Under the pieces are notes generated by a model. The model worked only from the letters and a program-made list of their open reading frames with translations. It was not told where the DNA came from and did not search any database. A stretch of 64,000 nucleotides of DNA from a virus. The stretch is from positions 1 through 64,000 of the IMG/VR virus record IMGVR_UViG_3300044910_000908. One strand, given 5' to 3'. Both the position numbers and the translations under genes were made by a program. Shown in pieces: positions 49,672-58,627 of the stretch. The first letter of the stretch is position 1, and every line of letters begins with the position of its first letter.

Positions 49672-49863
49672 TTATAAAATTAATAATAAAACAATAATAG
49701 AAATTACAGCGCTTGTCAATAATGTTCCTACATCAAATGAAGCTGGAGCTTGTTGAATATTAACAATACTTGATTTAGTTTCAACAATTGGCAAATCTTG
49801 ATATTCTCTAGCAATTAACGCCTTCTTTTCTTTCTTTAATTTATCAAATTCCTTTTTCAACAT
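49672..49863 (-). CDS. Small protein with C-terminal TM
   Basis: Hydrophobic C-terminus; coupled to 49863 gene. Confidence 0.55.
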   Translation of the reverse strand: MLKKEFDKLKKEKKALIAREYQDLPIVETKSSIVNIQQAPASFDVGTLLTSAVISIIVLLLIL

Positions 49864-50162
49864 TATTTAATCTCCGTTGTTAATTGTTCTTGTTTCATTT
49901 TTGTTACTGCTAATTCCACAGCTAAAGCCACAACAGACATACCAACGCTCATTTGGGCTGCACCTAATTCTGCTAAAATTGTAGCAATAACAACTTCACG
50001 TTTAGCGGAACCAGTAATTAAATTTGGGTCTGCAGCTACTTGAGCAACTAATCTTTTAGCAATAGGAAGAACAACTTTTAATTCTTCATTTAAAGCTTTG
50101 TTAAATAGAACTGCTAAAAATTCACCCAAATCTCCAAAAAATTTTAATAACCATGCTTTCAT
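49863..50162 (-). CDS. Small hydrophobic protein (possible holin)
   Basis: Amphipathic/hydrophobic; GSAKR..V and AVELAV resemble LL-H-type holins; late-promoter-like motif. Confidence 0.4.
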   Translation of the reverse strand: MKAWLLKFFGDLGEFLAVLFNKALNEELKVVLPIAKRLVAQVAADPNLITGSAKREVVIATILAELGAAQMSVGMSVVALAVELAVTKMKQEQLTTEIK

Positions 50163-50204
50163 GAGTATTCTCCTAATGTATTATAAAATAGTATTTATTA
50201 AACA

Positions 50205-50238
50205 AAAAAGGACAATCTTTTTCAAGACTGTCCTTTTT
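50205..50238. terminator. Intrinsic terminator
   Basis: aaaaaggaca/tgtccttttt. Confidence 0.65.
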
Positions 50239-50256
50239 GAGGTTTATAAGGAGATT

Positions 50257-52116
50257 TTATTTTTTAAAACCTTTTAGAGAAGTTGCATTTTCAGCATTAT
50301 TGTGATTTGCTGATTTACCAGGTGCTGCTTGGTCGCCGTTACCATGGCCGTTATTATCATGTTTTGAGTCATGGTCATTATCATGATGATTTTTATATTC
50401 ATGATGATTTTCTTTATGACCACCAGTACTTACTGAAGGTTGATTAACATAAACTATTTTTTCGATTACTCTATCTACTGGAACTTCGATATATGTTTCA
50501 ACAATTCTATCTACTGGAACTTCAACCAAAACTTCTTTAATAACCACTTTCATTTGAGCTTCAATTAATGCTGCTTGTGTATCACTCAATGTTGTTTGAC
50601 TAGATACCAAATCAGTTGAACACATTTTCAAATTAGTTGAAAGATTGCCATTATTAAATTCACTATTTACCAAATCACTTGATACTTTAGCTAATGAAGT
50701 TTCTGTTGTTGTTAATTGATTTTGCAATGCAGCTAATTGTGCTTTCAATGCTGCATTTTCTGCATTCAAATCAGTTTCAACTTGTCTTAAACTTGCAAGT
50801 TGAGTATCTTCTGCACCAACTTCACAACTATAAGGATCAGCAGCTGTATCAATACATTGTTTGATTTTCAGAACTACTGGGTCTACCCAACTTAGCAAGC
50901 TAATATCATTAGAAAGTTGATATTCTACTGAAGCAATTGTTCCATTATTTACTAGTGAAGCATTAGGGAAAGCATGTTTTTCAACAAAGCTATCATCACC
51001 TAATTGACCAGAAGAAGCAGCTCCAATACTATGATAACCACGACTACTTACAACAGTGAATGTTTCATTACTAGCACCTACATATTGAACATTAGTTCCA
51101 GCTTCTTGGACTGGTGTAGCATAATCAGTTCTAAGATAACCACCTGAACCGATATAATTATGCCATCCCCAAGCACTTACAGAACCATTATTGTTGATTG
51201 CGAATGCTCCATTATTTGAACCAACTACAAAATCAACTCCAAATGCTCCTTGAACTTTAACTAATGAAGGATTACCAGCTTTACCAACATCAACATTAAT
51301 CCAACCTGATTGATAAACATCTCCATTAGTTGTAACAATGTAACCCATACTTGCACCAACTGCAACAGCTTTAGCAACAACATTTGGTACTTTTACTGGT
51401 GTAACAACATCATCAAAGTTTCCTAAACCTAATTGACCTTTATCATTATGACCCCAAACATAAACAGAACCATCTGAACTTAAAGCTCTGAAATGTTCAA
51501 GATTAACTAGTGGATTAGTTGTTTGACCTTTGCCTGCAAATCTATAACCAGCCGCGATTGATGTGATATTTTCTGGAAGATTTGCAACAACTGTTGGAGT
51601 ATGAGATGTGTTAAAATCCCATTCATAAACAACTCCTGAACCTTTAACATCACCTTCTTTCAGCATTAACATTTTAGTGCCACCAACTGCAACATCAATA
51701 ACACCAGAGATGTTAACAGCTTGTGGAACAGTTGAAACATAGCTATCAGTTGGAGTGCCTTGAACTAGATTAGATACTGCACCCCAGAAGTAGACTGAAC
51801 CATCTTCTTTTAATGCAACTGAGCGATTACCTGCAGCTGCAACATATTTTACACCAACCAGACCAGTATGAACTGGAACTTTATATTTCACGTCTCTGTT
51901 CATTAAGAATGAACCACCTGAGTAGATAGGTTCTCTTGAAGCCATCGCACCTACTTGATTTAGTCTATTATTACCTGCGGCATAGACATCGCCACTATCA
52001 TTTACAAATACGTTATGATTAAATCCACCTGCAACTTTTGTTTGAATTGCTTGTGCATTCATTGAGAAGGTAGCAACGATTGCAGCTACCAATACTTTAT
52101 TATATGTTGTTTTCAT
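50257..52116 (-). CDS. Secreted RCC1-repeat beta-propeller protein with coiled coil, VPV repeats and His-rich tail
   Basis: Signal peptide AQA; repeats such as VAGGFNH...GDVYAAGNN..NQVG and DGSVYVWGHNDKGQLG; EVPVDRIVE x2; HHEYKNHH. Confidence 0.85.
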   Translation of the reverse strand: MKTTYNKVLVAAIVATFSMNAQAIQTKVAGGFNHNVFVNDSGDVYAAGNNRLNQVGAMASREPIYSGGSFLMNRDVKYKVPVHTGLVGVKYVAAAGNRSVALKEDGSVYFWGAVSNLVQGTPTDSYVSTVPQAVNISGVIDVAVGGTKMLMLKEGDVKGSGVVYEWDFNTSHTPTVVANLPENITSIAAGYRFAGKGQTTNPLVNLEHFRALSSDGSVYVWGHNDKGQLGLGNFDDVVTPVKVPNVVAKAVAVGASMGYIVTTNGDVYQSGWINVDVGKAGNPSLVKVQGAFGVDFVVGSNNGAFAINNNGSVSAWGWHNYIGSGGYLRTDYATPVQEAGTNVQYVGASNETFTVVSSRGYHSIGAASSGQLGDDSFVEKHAFPNASLVNNGTIASVEYQLSNDISLLSWVDPVVLKIKQCIDTAADPYSCEVGAEDTQLASLRQVETDLNAENAALKAQLAALQNQLTTTETSLAKVSSDLVNSEFNNGNLSTNLKMCSTDLVSSQTTLSDTQAALIEAQMKVVIKEVLVEVPVDRIVETYIEVPVDRVIEKIVYVNQPSVSTGGHKENHHEYKNHHDNDHDSKHDNNGHGNGDQAAPGKSANHNNAENATSLKGFKK

Positions 52117-52224
52117 GGTATTTCTCCTCGGTTAATCTCATCGGATTTATATTCGTTCTTTCTGAATATGGTTATACTATATACCTTTTGGACAAAATGT
52201 AAACAGAAATTTATGTTAACTACA

Positions 52225-52401
52225 TTACACTTTAATACATTCAAAACTAGCTGAAATATCCGAATTACTTTTCTTAATTAATTCAACAATTTGAGTTCCA
52301 CCAACTTGACATAATTCATTTGAATGAAATTCTTGCTGCATTAAATCAACATTGGTATTAAATTTTCCAGCTAATACATAAAAGACAATTAATACATACA
52401 T
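52225..52401 (-). CDS. 58-aa exported two-Cys peptide
   Basis: Translated by hand: MYVLIVFYVLAG...QEFHSNELC...FECIKV; similar to 58624..58800. Confidence 0.55.
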   Translation of the reverse strand: MYVLIVFYVLAGKFNTNVDLMQQEFHSNELCQVGGTQIVELIKKSNSDISASFECIKV

Positions 52402-52407
52402 TTTTTA

Positions 52408-52644
52408 TTACTCCTCAGCATAACACTTATAACCAAACCATTTACATGTAAATGATATGGGATCTTTTTCTTGGATAACTGATTGATTATCAGATGATGG
52501 TTCTTTTTCTGATAATAAGAAATGACTAATTAATGGAGGACCTAACACAAATCCTAATAAAAAAATAATCATATATTTCATAAAACTATCCATATTTAAT
52601 TCTCCTTTATATGTTAGAGCATTTAACGCCAACTCCTTGGTCAC
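52408..52644 (-). CDS. Small membrane protein (start probably MDSFMK)
   Basis: Single TM; AAGGAG SD. Confidence 0.55.
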   Translation of the reverse strand: MTKELALNALTYKGELNMDSFMKYMIIFLLGFVLGPPLISHFLLSEKEPSSDNQSVIQEKDPISFTCKWFGYKCYAEE

Positions 52645-52819
52645 TAATAATTTGTTGATCTATTCCATTTGGTTCATAAGAAAATAAATAACCACCTTTG
52701 CAAACAGTATTATTTGCTTGACCAGGAACTGTTATTCCAAACATTGGTAATGCAATTGAAGTTAAAATTCCTACAATAGCAATAACAATCATCAATTCTA
52801 TTAATGTAAAACCTTTCAT
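52607..52819 (-). CDS. Miniature type IV pilin-like protein
   Basis: MKG|FTLIELMIVIAIVGILTSIALP prepilin cleavage/methylation motif with E5; C-terminal Cys pair. Confidence 0.88.
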   Translation of the reverse strand: MKGFTLIELMIVIAIVGILTSIALPMFGITVPGQANNTVCKGGYLFSYEPNGIDQQIISDQGVGVKCSNI

Positions 52820-53049
52820 TATTTAACTTCCTCTAATTGTAATCTATCAAAAAATAAAATCCATATTCTAATAAAACCTATTAGATAAGGAACAACAATA
52901 AAACATCCAACTGAAAATATACTGTTAACAAAAATTAAATATATCATCCATAAAACTGTTAACAAAAATGTCATTGTTAAACTATCATGTAATAAAGTTT
53001 TCATGACTATTCCCCAAATCTGTTTTTCTTCTGAATATGGTAATATCAT
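52819..53049 (-). CDS. Small two-TM membrane protein
   Basis: Two hydrophobic segments. Confidence 0.5.
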   Translation of the reverse strand: MILPYSEEKQIWGIVMKTLLHDSLTMTFLLTVLWMIYLIFVNSIFSVGCFIVVPYLIGFIRIWILFFDRLQLEEVK

Positions 53050-53315
53050 AATACTTTATTTCTGAAAAGTAAATAATTAAAAAAGTATCTACTTATCAGA
53101 TTTTTTATATTGTTTACACTCTTCTTTAGGTTTATCTTCAAACATATAACACCAATTACGTGTTGAATAATTTAATTTATAATATTCACAATTAGAACAT
53201 TGTTCTGGAACTTCTTCAAATAACGAAAAAGATAATTCTTCAAAAACTTTATTGCTCATATCATCATCTCCAAATACTATAAATTTATTATATCATAAAA
53301 AGATAAAAAAGTAAA

Positions 53316-54125
53316 TTAAATTTTTTCAATTTTTTCAATAGATTGTGGTCTTATATTGGTTAGTGTATATATTCCATTATCATAATTAGGGTCTCTAAAG
53401 AACCTCTGAACTTGTGGTAAATCTTTTACTGAAATTGTAATTAAGAACCACTCAACTTCTTTCCCTGTCCTAATGTCAATATCTTGTTTATTTTTATTTG
53501 CTGCATATTTTAATTGTTTAATTAAAATATTTCTAACAACTTCTTCTGAAATAGCTAAATATATACGTTCAGGATGATTTGCTAATTTAGAATGTGTTTT
53601 AGGAACTAATCCAATTGTTCTAATTTTTTCAATATATTTGGAATTAGTAATATGATATAAAAATTCAGGAGCAAATTTCATATCTAATTCTATATCATAT
53701 TTTGCTTCAAGATTGATCTCAATGTACTTAACTTTATCAAATTCTTTCAATGAATTCAATATTTTTTCAACAGAAATTGTTTTTCCTAATTGAAAAATTT
53801 CTCTTTTATTTTTATCATAAGCTTCATATAAAGAAATAAACCAACCATAATAGTTAGCTAATTTAAAAATTCCAGAAATTAAATCTTCATCTATCTTATT
53901 ACTTTCGCATATAATACAAATTGTATTAGCTTCTCCAAATTTAGAATATTGCTTTTTGAATTTAAGAAAATCCCATTTTCGTAATAATCCAGAAATTGTA
54001 GAACTAATTGGATATGTTCTTATTAAACTTTCATTTAATAAAAGCTCCTCCTTATAAAATTCTTTAAATTTTTTAAAGTGTTTAATACCTTCATCTTCAT
54101 TAATAGTTATAGTTGGCCATTCCAT
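53316..54125 (-). CDS. ADP-ribosyltransferase-fold protein (KptA/DarT-like C-terminal domain)
   Basis: LYHIT....I..I...GLVPK...RIYLA...DPN. Confidence 0.62.
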   Translation of the reverse strand: MEWPTITINEDEGIKHFKKFKEFYKEELLLNESLIRTYPISSTISGLLRKWDFLKFKKQYSKFGEANTICIICESNKIDEDLISGIFKLANYYGWFISLYEAYDKNKREIFQLGKTISVEKILNSLKEFDKVKYIEINLEAKYDIELDMKFAPEFLYHITNSKYIEKIRTIGLVPKTHSKLANHPERIYLAISEEVVRNILIKQLKYAANKNKQDIDIRTGKEVEWFLITISVKDLPQVQRFFRDPNYDNGIYTLTNIRPQSIEKIEKI

Positions 54126-54148
54126 AATATGTTTAATCTCTATTTGCG

Positions 54149-54652
54149 TTAAGTTAATATATGAGCTGATCCTGCGTTAAAATAAAGATATTCTATTTCA
54201 ATATTATTAAGATGTCTAGACATTTCTCCAGTAAATCTTTTAATTAATAATACATCATATGGACCAAAATCAGATAATTCCCAAGAACGAAAATTAGCAA
54301 TAGCATTCAATTTATTATTTCTAATTAAAAATTGTAATGATGATAAACATGAAGGAGAGTAAGCATTTCCTAAAAATTGAATAATCGCTCTTCTAGAAAA
54401 ATTATCTTTTAATAATTCTACTGTGCATTTTGGTAATCCTTTAGACCACCAAAAACTATAATTATTATATCTTTCAGTATCTTTGTATTCTAAAACTTGA
54501 TTTATTTCTTGATAATGTTTATCTTCCCAATCAAAATAATAATTAATACTTTCATATCTAAAAGCAATAGAAAAATTAATTATTTCTGAATAATTAGGAT
54601 TTAATATTGAAGGTTCTAATGAATTAAATTGCTCAATTAAAATATTTGTCAT
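54149..54652 (-). CDS. Short thymidylate-synthase-fold protein, dCMP-hydroxymethylase-like
   Basis: SRRAII, PSCLSSLQFLIRNNKLNAIANFRSWE...PYD, NAGSAHI; Asp at the dUMP/dCMP specificity position. Confidence 0.78.
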   Translation of the reverse strand: MTNILIEQFNSLEPSILNPNYSEIINFSIAFRYESINYYFDWEDKHYQEINQVLEYKDTERYNNYSFWWSKGLPKCTVELLKDNFSRRAIIQFLGNAYSPSCLSSLQFLIRNNKLNAIANFRSWELSDFGPYDVLLIKRFTGEMSRHLNNIEIEYLYFNAGSAHILT

Positions 54653-54678
54653 TATTATAAAATTTTATCAAAAAAATA

Positions 54679-54796
54679 TTTATTCTTCCCTTTATGTAAG
54701 TAGATGATTTCCTCAATCACTCTAATCTCAAGGCCTTGATAGCATGAGGTGTTTTTCCAAAACAGGTTTTTAGAACTTAAAAAAGAGAAGAATAAA
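54679..54796 (-). ncRNA. Candidate structured RNA upstream of the TS-fold gene
   Basis: 15-bp closing stem (one G-U) plus 5-bp extension, three inner helices, possible CCUCA/UGAGG pseudoknot; wobble pairs favour the minus strand. Confidence 0.55.
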
Positions 54797-54802
54797 TCAA
54801 AA

Positions 54803-55312
54803 CTAAAGTAAATTATAAGTCATATTAAATTCAGATCTTGCGATTCGATATACTTCATCATCAGTTACTATGAGAGCATCACCTTCTTTTACTGTCATCG
54901 GTTCATTCCATACCGCCATAAACATAATGCTAATAGGTTTATTATTTACTCCAACTTTAGTAAGTATAATTTCACCAACACTTGCAGCTTTTGCTAAAAC
55001 TGTTAAATGCTTTTGACACAAAACTGTTTGCTGATTTTTTGCAAATTCAAAAAATTCCTGCTGTGAATAAATTCCTCGTGGTTCCAATTGAGATTTAAGT
55101 TCTTCAGTCCAAAAGAAAACATTTCTAGCTTCAGGTTTAACTTTATAAACTGTCCATTCACCTAAATTTTCAACAGGAATTTCATCGTATAATTTAGGAA
55201 ATTTATTTGCTTTTACCAAATATTGTTCAGCTGGTGTATTATTATCATTACGAGCAACAACCATATCACCTTCTTCTGCAGGACTTGATTTTGTTTCAAT
55301 TTCTGTATTCAT
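54803..55312 (-). CDS. PGDYG-like protein with internally repeated motif
   Basis: AEEGDMVV..EQYLV....F..LY and VKEGDALI..EVYRI....F..TY. Confidence 0.55.
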   Translation of the reverse strand: MNTEIETKSSPAEEGDMVVARNDNNTPAEQYLVKANKFPKLYDEIPVENLGEWTVYKVKPEARNVFFWTEELKSQLEPRGIYSQQEFFEFAKNQQTVLCQKHLTVLAKAASVGEIILTKVGVNNKPISIMFMAVWNEPMTVKEGDALIVTDDEVYRIARSEFNMTYNLL

Positions 55313-55327
55313 GTTTTATCCTAAAAA

Positions 55328-55726
55328 TTATTTAGCTAGTGAAAATTGTTTCAATGCAATTAAAAATTGTTTTTCTTCATTTGACAATTCCGTATCTTCT
55401 ATAATTCCAATAATTTCATCATGTCCATATAACCTTTCAGGAACAATGACTCCAATACTTGTTAATGCATTACCAATTCCAGGTTCGTTAAATGTATCAA
55501 ATGGCAAACCTGATTTTTTCACAAGTTCGAGAAAACTTACTAAATGTTCTGTCATACCACCATTCAAAACAATCATAGTTTTGAAATTATCAGCCCAATC
55601 ATGTAATGCATATTGAAGTGCATCTTGTTTTTGATATTTTCTAAACAATTCATGAACAACATGAGCTGCTTGAATACCGTTTTGAATGCTTGATAGATAC
55701 ATGTTATTGATAAAATATGCTCTCAT
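55328..55726 (-). CDS. Second, divergent Pth2-like protein
   Basis: Start ATG 55726 (GGAG SD); YLSSIQNGIQAAH, W...KTMIVLNGG, FNEP..GNALTSI. Confidence 0.7.
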   Translation of the reverse strand: MRAYFINNMYLSSIQNGIQAAHVVHELFRKYQKQDALQYALHDWADNFKTMIVLNGGMTEHLVSFLELVKKSGLPFDTFNEPGIGNALTSIGVIVPERLYGHDEIIGIIEDTELSNEEKQFLIALKQFSLAK

Positions 55727-55731
55727 TGTTT

Positions 55732-56013
55732 TTATTCTCCAAAAATATTTAAATCGTTTGCTATTTCTAATAATATATCTCCATGACACCTTTGAGGTGC
55801 GCAAAAACATACTAAGTTCTTATTCTTTAATTCTTTCATTGCAAGCGTTATTAGTTCAGGATGTTCATTTAAATAATTTTCATATTTTTCTATCACTTCA
55901 TCTCGTGAACCATCTTTCCCAATAACAAAAGGATTTCCAAATTTACTTCCTCTCCCAATATAAACATCATCTTTAGAAATGACATCTTTATGTTTGTTTA
56001 AAACTCTACACAT
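55732..56013 (-). CDS. DUF4326-family protein
   Basis: VYIGRGSKFGNPF...LVCFCAPQRCHGDIL. Confidence 0.88.
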   Translation of the reverse strand: MCRVLNKHKDVISKDDVYIGRGSKFGNPFVIGKDGSRDEVIEKYENYLNEHPELITLAMKELKNKNLVCFCAPQRCHGDILLEIANDLNIFGE

Positions 56014-56353
56014 TTTCTATTAATTGTTTAATCTCTTTACGAGAAATTTCTTTTCCATTTAATCTGAATTCATCTGAGGCCATACCCCATTTTCCATGAG
56101 AAGTGTATAAAAACATACCAGTAAATTCGTCAATAAAAAGATTATGGGTTTCAAAATATTGTTTTAATTCAGTAAGTGAATGCATCGTAATATCTCCAAG
56201 TCATCAAATTTAGAATAATTATATATTAGTTTGTTAAAAAAGTAAAATTTATTTTCATCACTCCGCTATTCTTTTCAAAAATCGTAATGGGCTTGATGAA
56301 TGAAAGTGAATAGCGGTTTTTCTTCTTTATTTAAAATTCTTGCAGCTTCTTTT

Positions 56354-57088
56354 TTACTTAGAAAACTTAGCCATTATTTGAGCTACTGCAATAGGAACAG
56401 TTGCTGAACCTCTTCCTCTAAAACAAGTATAAAGTTCTTCAAATTTATATCTTAAATCAGTATATGCTGGAGTTGGATTACATTCATAAATTTTAGCCAT
56501 ATTTGAAGCAGCATTTCTAACTAAATTAGCGGCTGGCCATACTTGACCACTAGTCCCAACTACTAACATAACTAATGAATTATCAGCTGCAGTTTCTGCT
56601 AATTTAAAATCTTGCTCATTTAAATCTTCTCCAAACCAAACCACATTAACTCGCATATTAGCACCACAACAAGAACATATAGGAACTTCTGCTAATTCCC
56701 AATATTCTGCTTCATTAGTAGTATATTCGCAAGTTTGACATCTTAATGCTTTTAAATCTCCATGTAATTCAATTACATTTTTTGAACCTGCTTGTTGATG
56801 AAGTCCATCAATATTTTGGGTAATTAAAAGAAAATCATGTCCTTGTTTTTCTGCCCATTCTTCTAATTTTACTAATTCTTCATGGGCTCTATTAGGTTTA
56901 ATTGTTTTAAGATTATCATATCTTTGTTTATAAAAATCCCAAACTAATTGTGGATTTTTTTGAAATCCTCTTGGAGAAGCAACATCTTCCACTCTATGAT
57001 TTTCCCATAAACCATTATTATCCCTAAACGTTGGAACACCACTTTCTGCTGATACTCCTGCACCAGTAAATACTGTTATATATGACAT
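56354..57088 (-). CDS. cobB: Sir2/CobB NAD-dependent deacylase
   Basis: FTGAGVSAESGVPTFR, ITQNIDGLH, ELHG, Zn CxxC..CxxC, VVWFGE, VGTS. Confidence 0.95.
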   Translation of the reverse strand: MSYITVFTGAGVSAESGVPTFRDNNGLWENHRVEDVASPRGFQKNPQLVWDFYKQRYDNLKTIKPNRAHEELVKLEEWAEKQGHDFLLITQNIDGLHQQAGSKNVIELHGDLKALRCQTCEYTTNEAEYWELAEVPICSCCGANMRVNVVWFGEDLNEQDFKLAETAADNSLVMLVVGTSGQVWPAANLVRNAASNMAKIYECNPTPAYTDLRYKFEELYTCFRGRGSATVPIAVAQIMAKFSK

Positions 57089-57093
57089 TTTTC

Positions 57094-57345
57094 TTATAAC
57101 TCCTTATCTAATTCAAAACATTCATTTATTGCTTTACATATAATAGGGAAAGCTCGAGGAATATATTCTATTAAAAACATTATTGAAACAAAAACATTTA
57201 CTCCTGGAATGAGCGCCAAAAAAGCATTCCACATTAAATCTCTACGAGTTCTAATTGCTATACTAAGAGCAAATGCTTTATCTGTCAAAATCACCCAAAT
57301 TGCTATGATGTTAATCAAGTAAGATAATGCCATTATGAAATTCAT
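57094..57345 (-). CDS. Small membrane protein
   Basis: Two TM segments. Confidence 0.55.
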   Translation of the reverse strand: MNFIMALSYLINIIAIWVILTDKAFALSIAIRTRRDLMWNAFLALIPGVNVFVSIMFLIEYIPRAFPIICKAINECFELDKEL

Positions 57346-57572
57346 TTTACACCTTCAAAATTAATTGAGAATGGAGCATAATGGAACAATAGATACCAAC
57401 AATAAACAACAAATACGTAAAATATAAGTGTCCAAAACTTAGTAGCAAAAGTATTTGGAACTCCTCCAATATTATACTGCCCAAGATTATTGACAGCAGC
57501 CAAATATCCTGCAACTACCAAATAAAGACAAATTGCCAAACAAAACAACCAACCTAATATCTGGAAAAACAT
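57342..57572 (-). CDS. Small membrane protein
   Basis: Two TM segments. Confidence 0.55.
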   Translation of the reverse strand: MFFQILGWLFCLAICLYLVVAGYLAAVNNLGQYNIGGVPNTFATKFWTLIFYVFVVYCWYLLFHYAPFSINFEGVK

Positions 57573-57586
57573 TATTTATACTCCAA

Positions 57587-58168
57587 TTATTTTTTTCTAA
57601 AATCTAAAATTTGTATCTCTTTTTCTAACACTAAACAATTTTCCATTATTGGAGCATTGACAACTTTAAAGTTTTCCGAATTATCATCTTCCTGAATAAC
57701 TTGTCTAACAACCATATGTAAATGACCTAATGCATTAAACCCAACTAATTCACTCCCATCTTCATTTGGTTTGGCGCCCCAAAAATCATCCTTCTTTGAA
57801 ATCTCCACAATATCTCTTGTTCCAGTTTCAATTAATGCATCACGATATTTTTTATGCTGAGCAGCTTTGAGACGTAAACACCAATACATAATTTGAACTC
57901 TATCGTCATCAAAACCTCTATACGTATGCGTTTTCCGATACTTTTTGGATACCATCTTAGCACCCATACCACTTTTCTGTTCTAATATCTCTTGCTGAAT
58001 TTCAGGATGAAACACAAATCTCATCATTTGATAAAGATTTTCTGTTGATGGAACTAAAATGTCTTTAGACAATCTTATCGGAAATCCTCCAGTCATATTA
58101 CCGAATTCACCCCATTTATCTTTTGCTCTAGAAAAAGCACATACCTCTTCAACTTTATAAGTATTCAT
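57587..58168 (-). CDS. NADAR (YbiA-like) protein
   Basis: FGN, STENLYQ, M..CLRLK..QH, L..TG...IVE...DDFWG, G.NALG.L.M.VR. Confidence 0.9.
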   Translation of the reverse strand: MNTYKVEEVCAFSRAKDKWGEFGNMTGGFPIRLSKDILVPSTENLYQMMRFVFHPEIQQEILEQKSGMGAKMVSKKYRKTHTYRGFDDDRVQIMYWCLRLKAAQHKKYRDALIETGTRDIVEISKKDDFWGAKPNEDGSELVGFNALGHLHMVVRQVIQEDDNSENFKVVNAPIMENCLVLEKEIQILDFRKK

Positions 58169-58246
58169 CTTTTTATCTCCACTTTCAATTTTTTATAAAG
58201 TTTTATTATAACATATTTTTAGAAAAAGTAAATACTTCCACTTTAG

Positions 58247-58627
58247 TTATTGAATTCCCAATACTTTTTTATCTTCTGCTGATAGTTTTTCTAAAACTTT
58301 TTCTAATTTTTGTTTTTCTTCAGATACATTTTCAATGGTTTCATTTAATTGTTTAATTTTAACAATTGCATTTGCATAAGATGATTTTCCACTAGAATAC
58401 AAAGTATTTACTGTAGTAGCTCCTTTACAATCTACATATACAACTGGAACGTTTCTTGTCTTTATATCTAACTCTCCAGCATAGCCAAGATAACAGCCTT
58501 CTGGTAATTTTTGAGAAACAAAATCAGCAGAAGCTTTAATTTGCGCTTCTTTTTGTGCAACTTGTTCAGGAGTAAGGGGATCACAACCTATCAACAACAG
58601 TAATGATAAAAGTGTTAGTATTTTCAT
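58247..58627 (-). CDS. Lipoprotein
   Basis: Lipobox LIGC. Confidence 0.7.
   Translation of the reverse strand: MKILTLLSLLLLIGCDPLTPEQVAQKEAQIKASADFVSQKLPEGCYLGYAGELDIKTRNVPVVYVDCKGATTVNTLYSSGKSSYANAIVKIKQLNETIENVSEEKQKLEKVLEKLSAEDKKVLGIQ

Noticed and set aside
54699-54720. AGTAGATGATT resembling the start of a THF riboswitch
   Set aside because: On the non-coding strand and the rest of the consensus is missing
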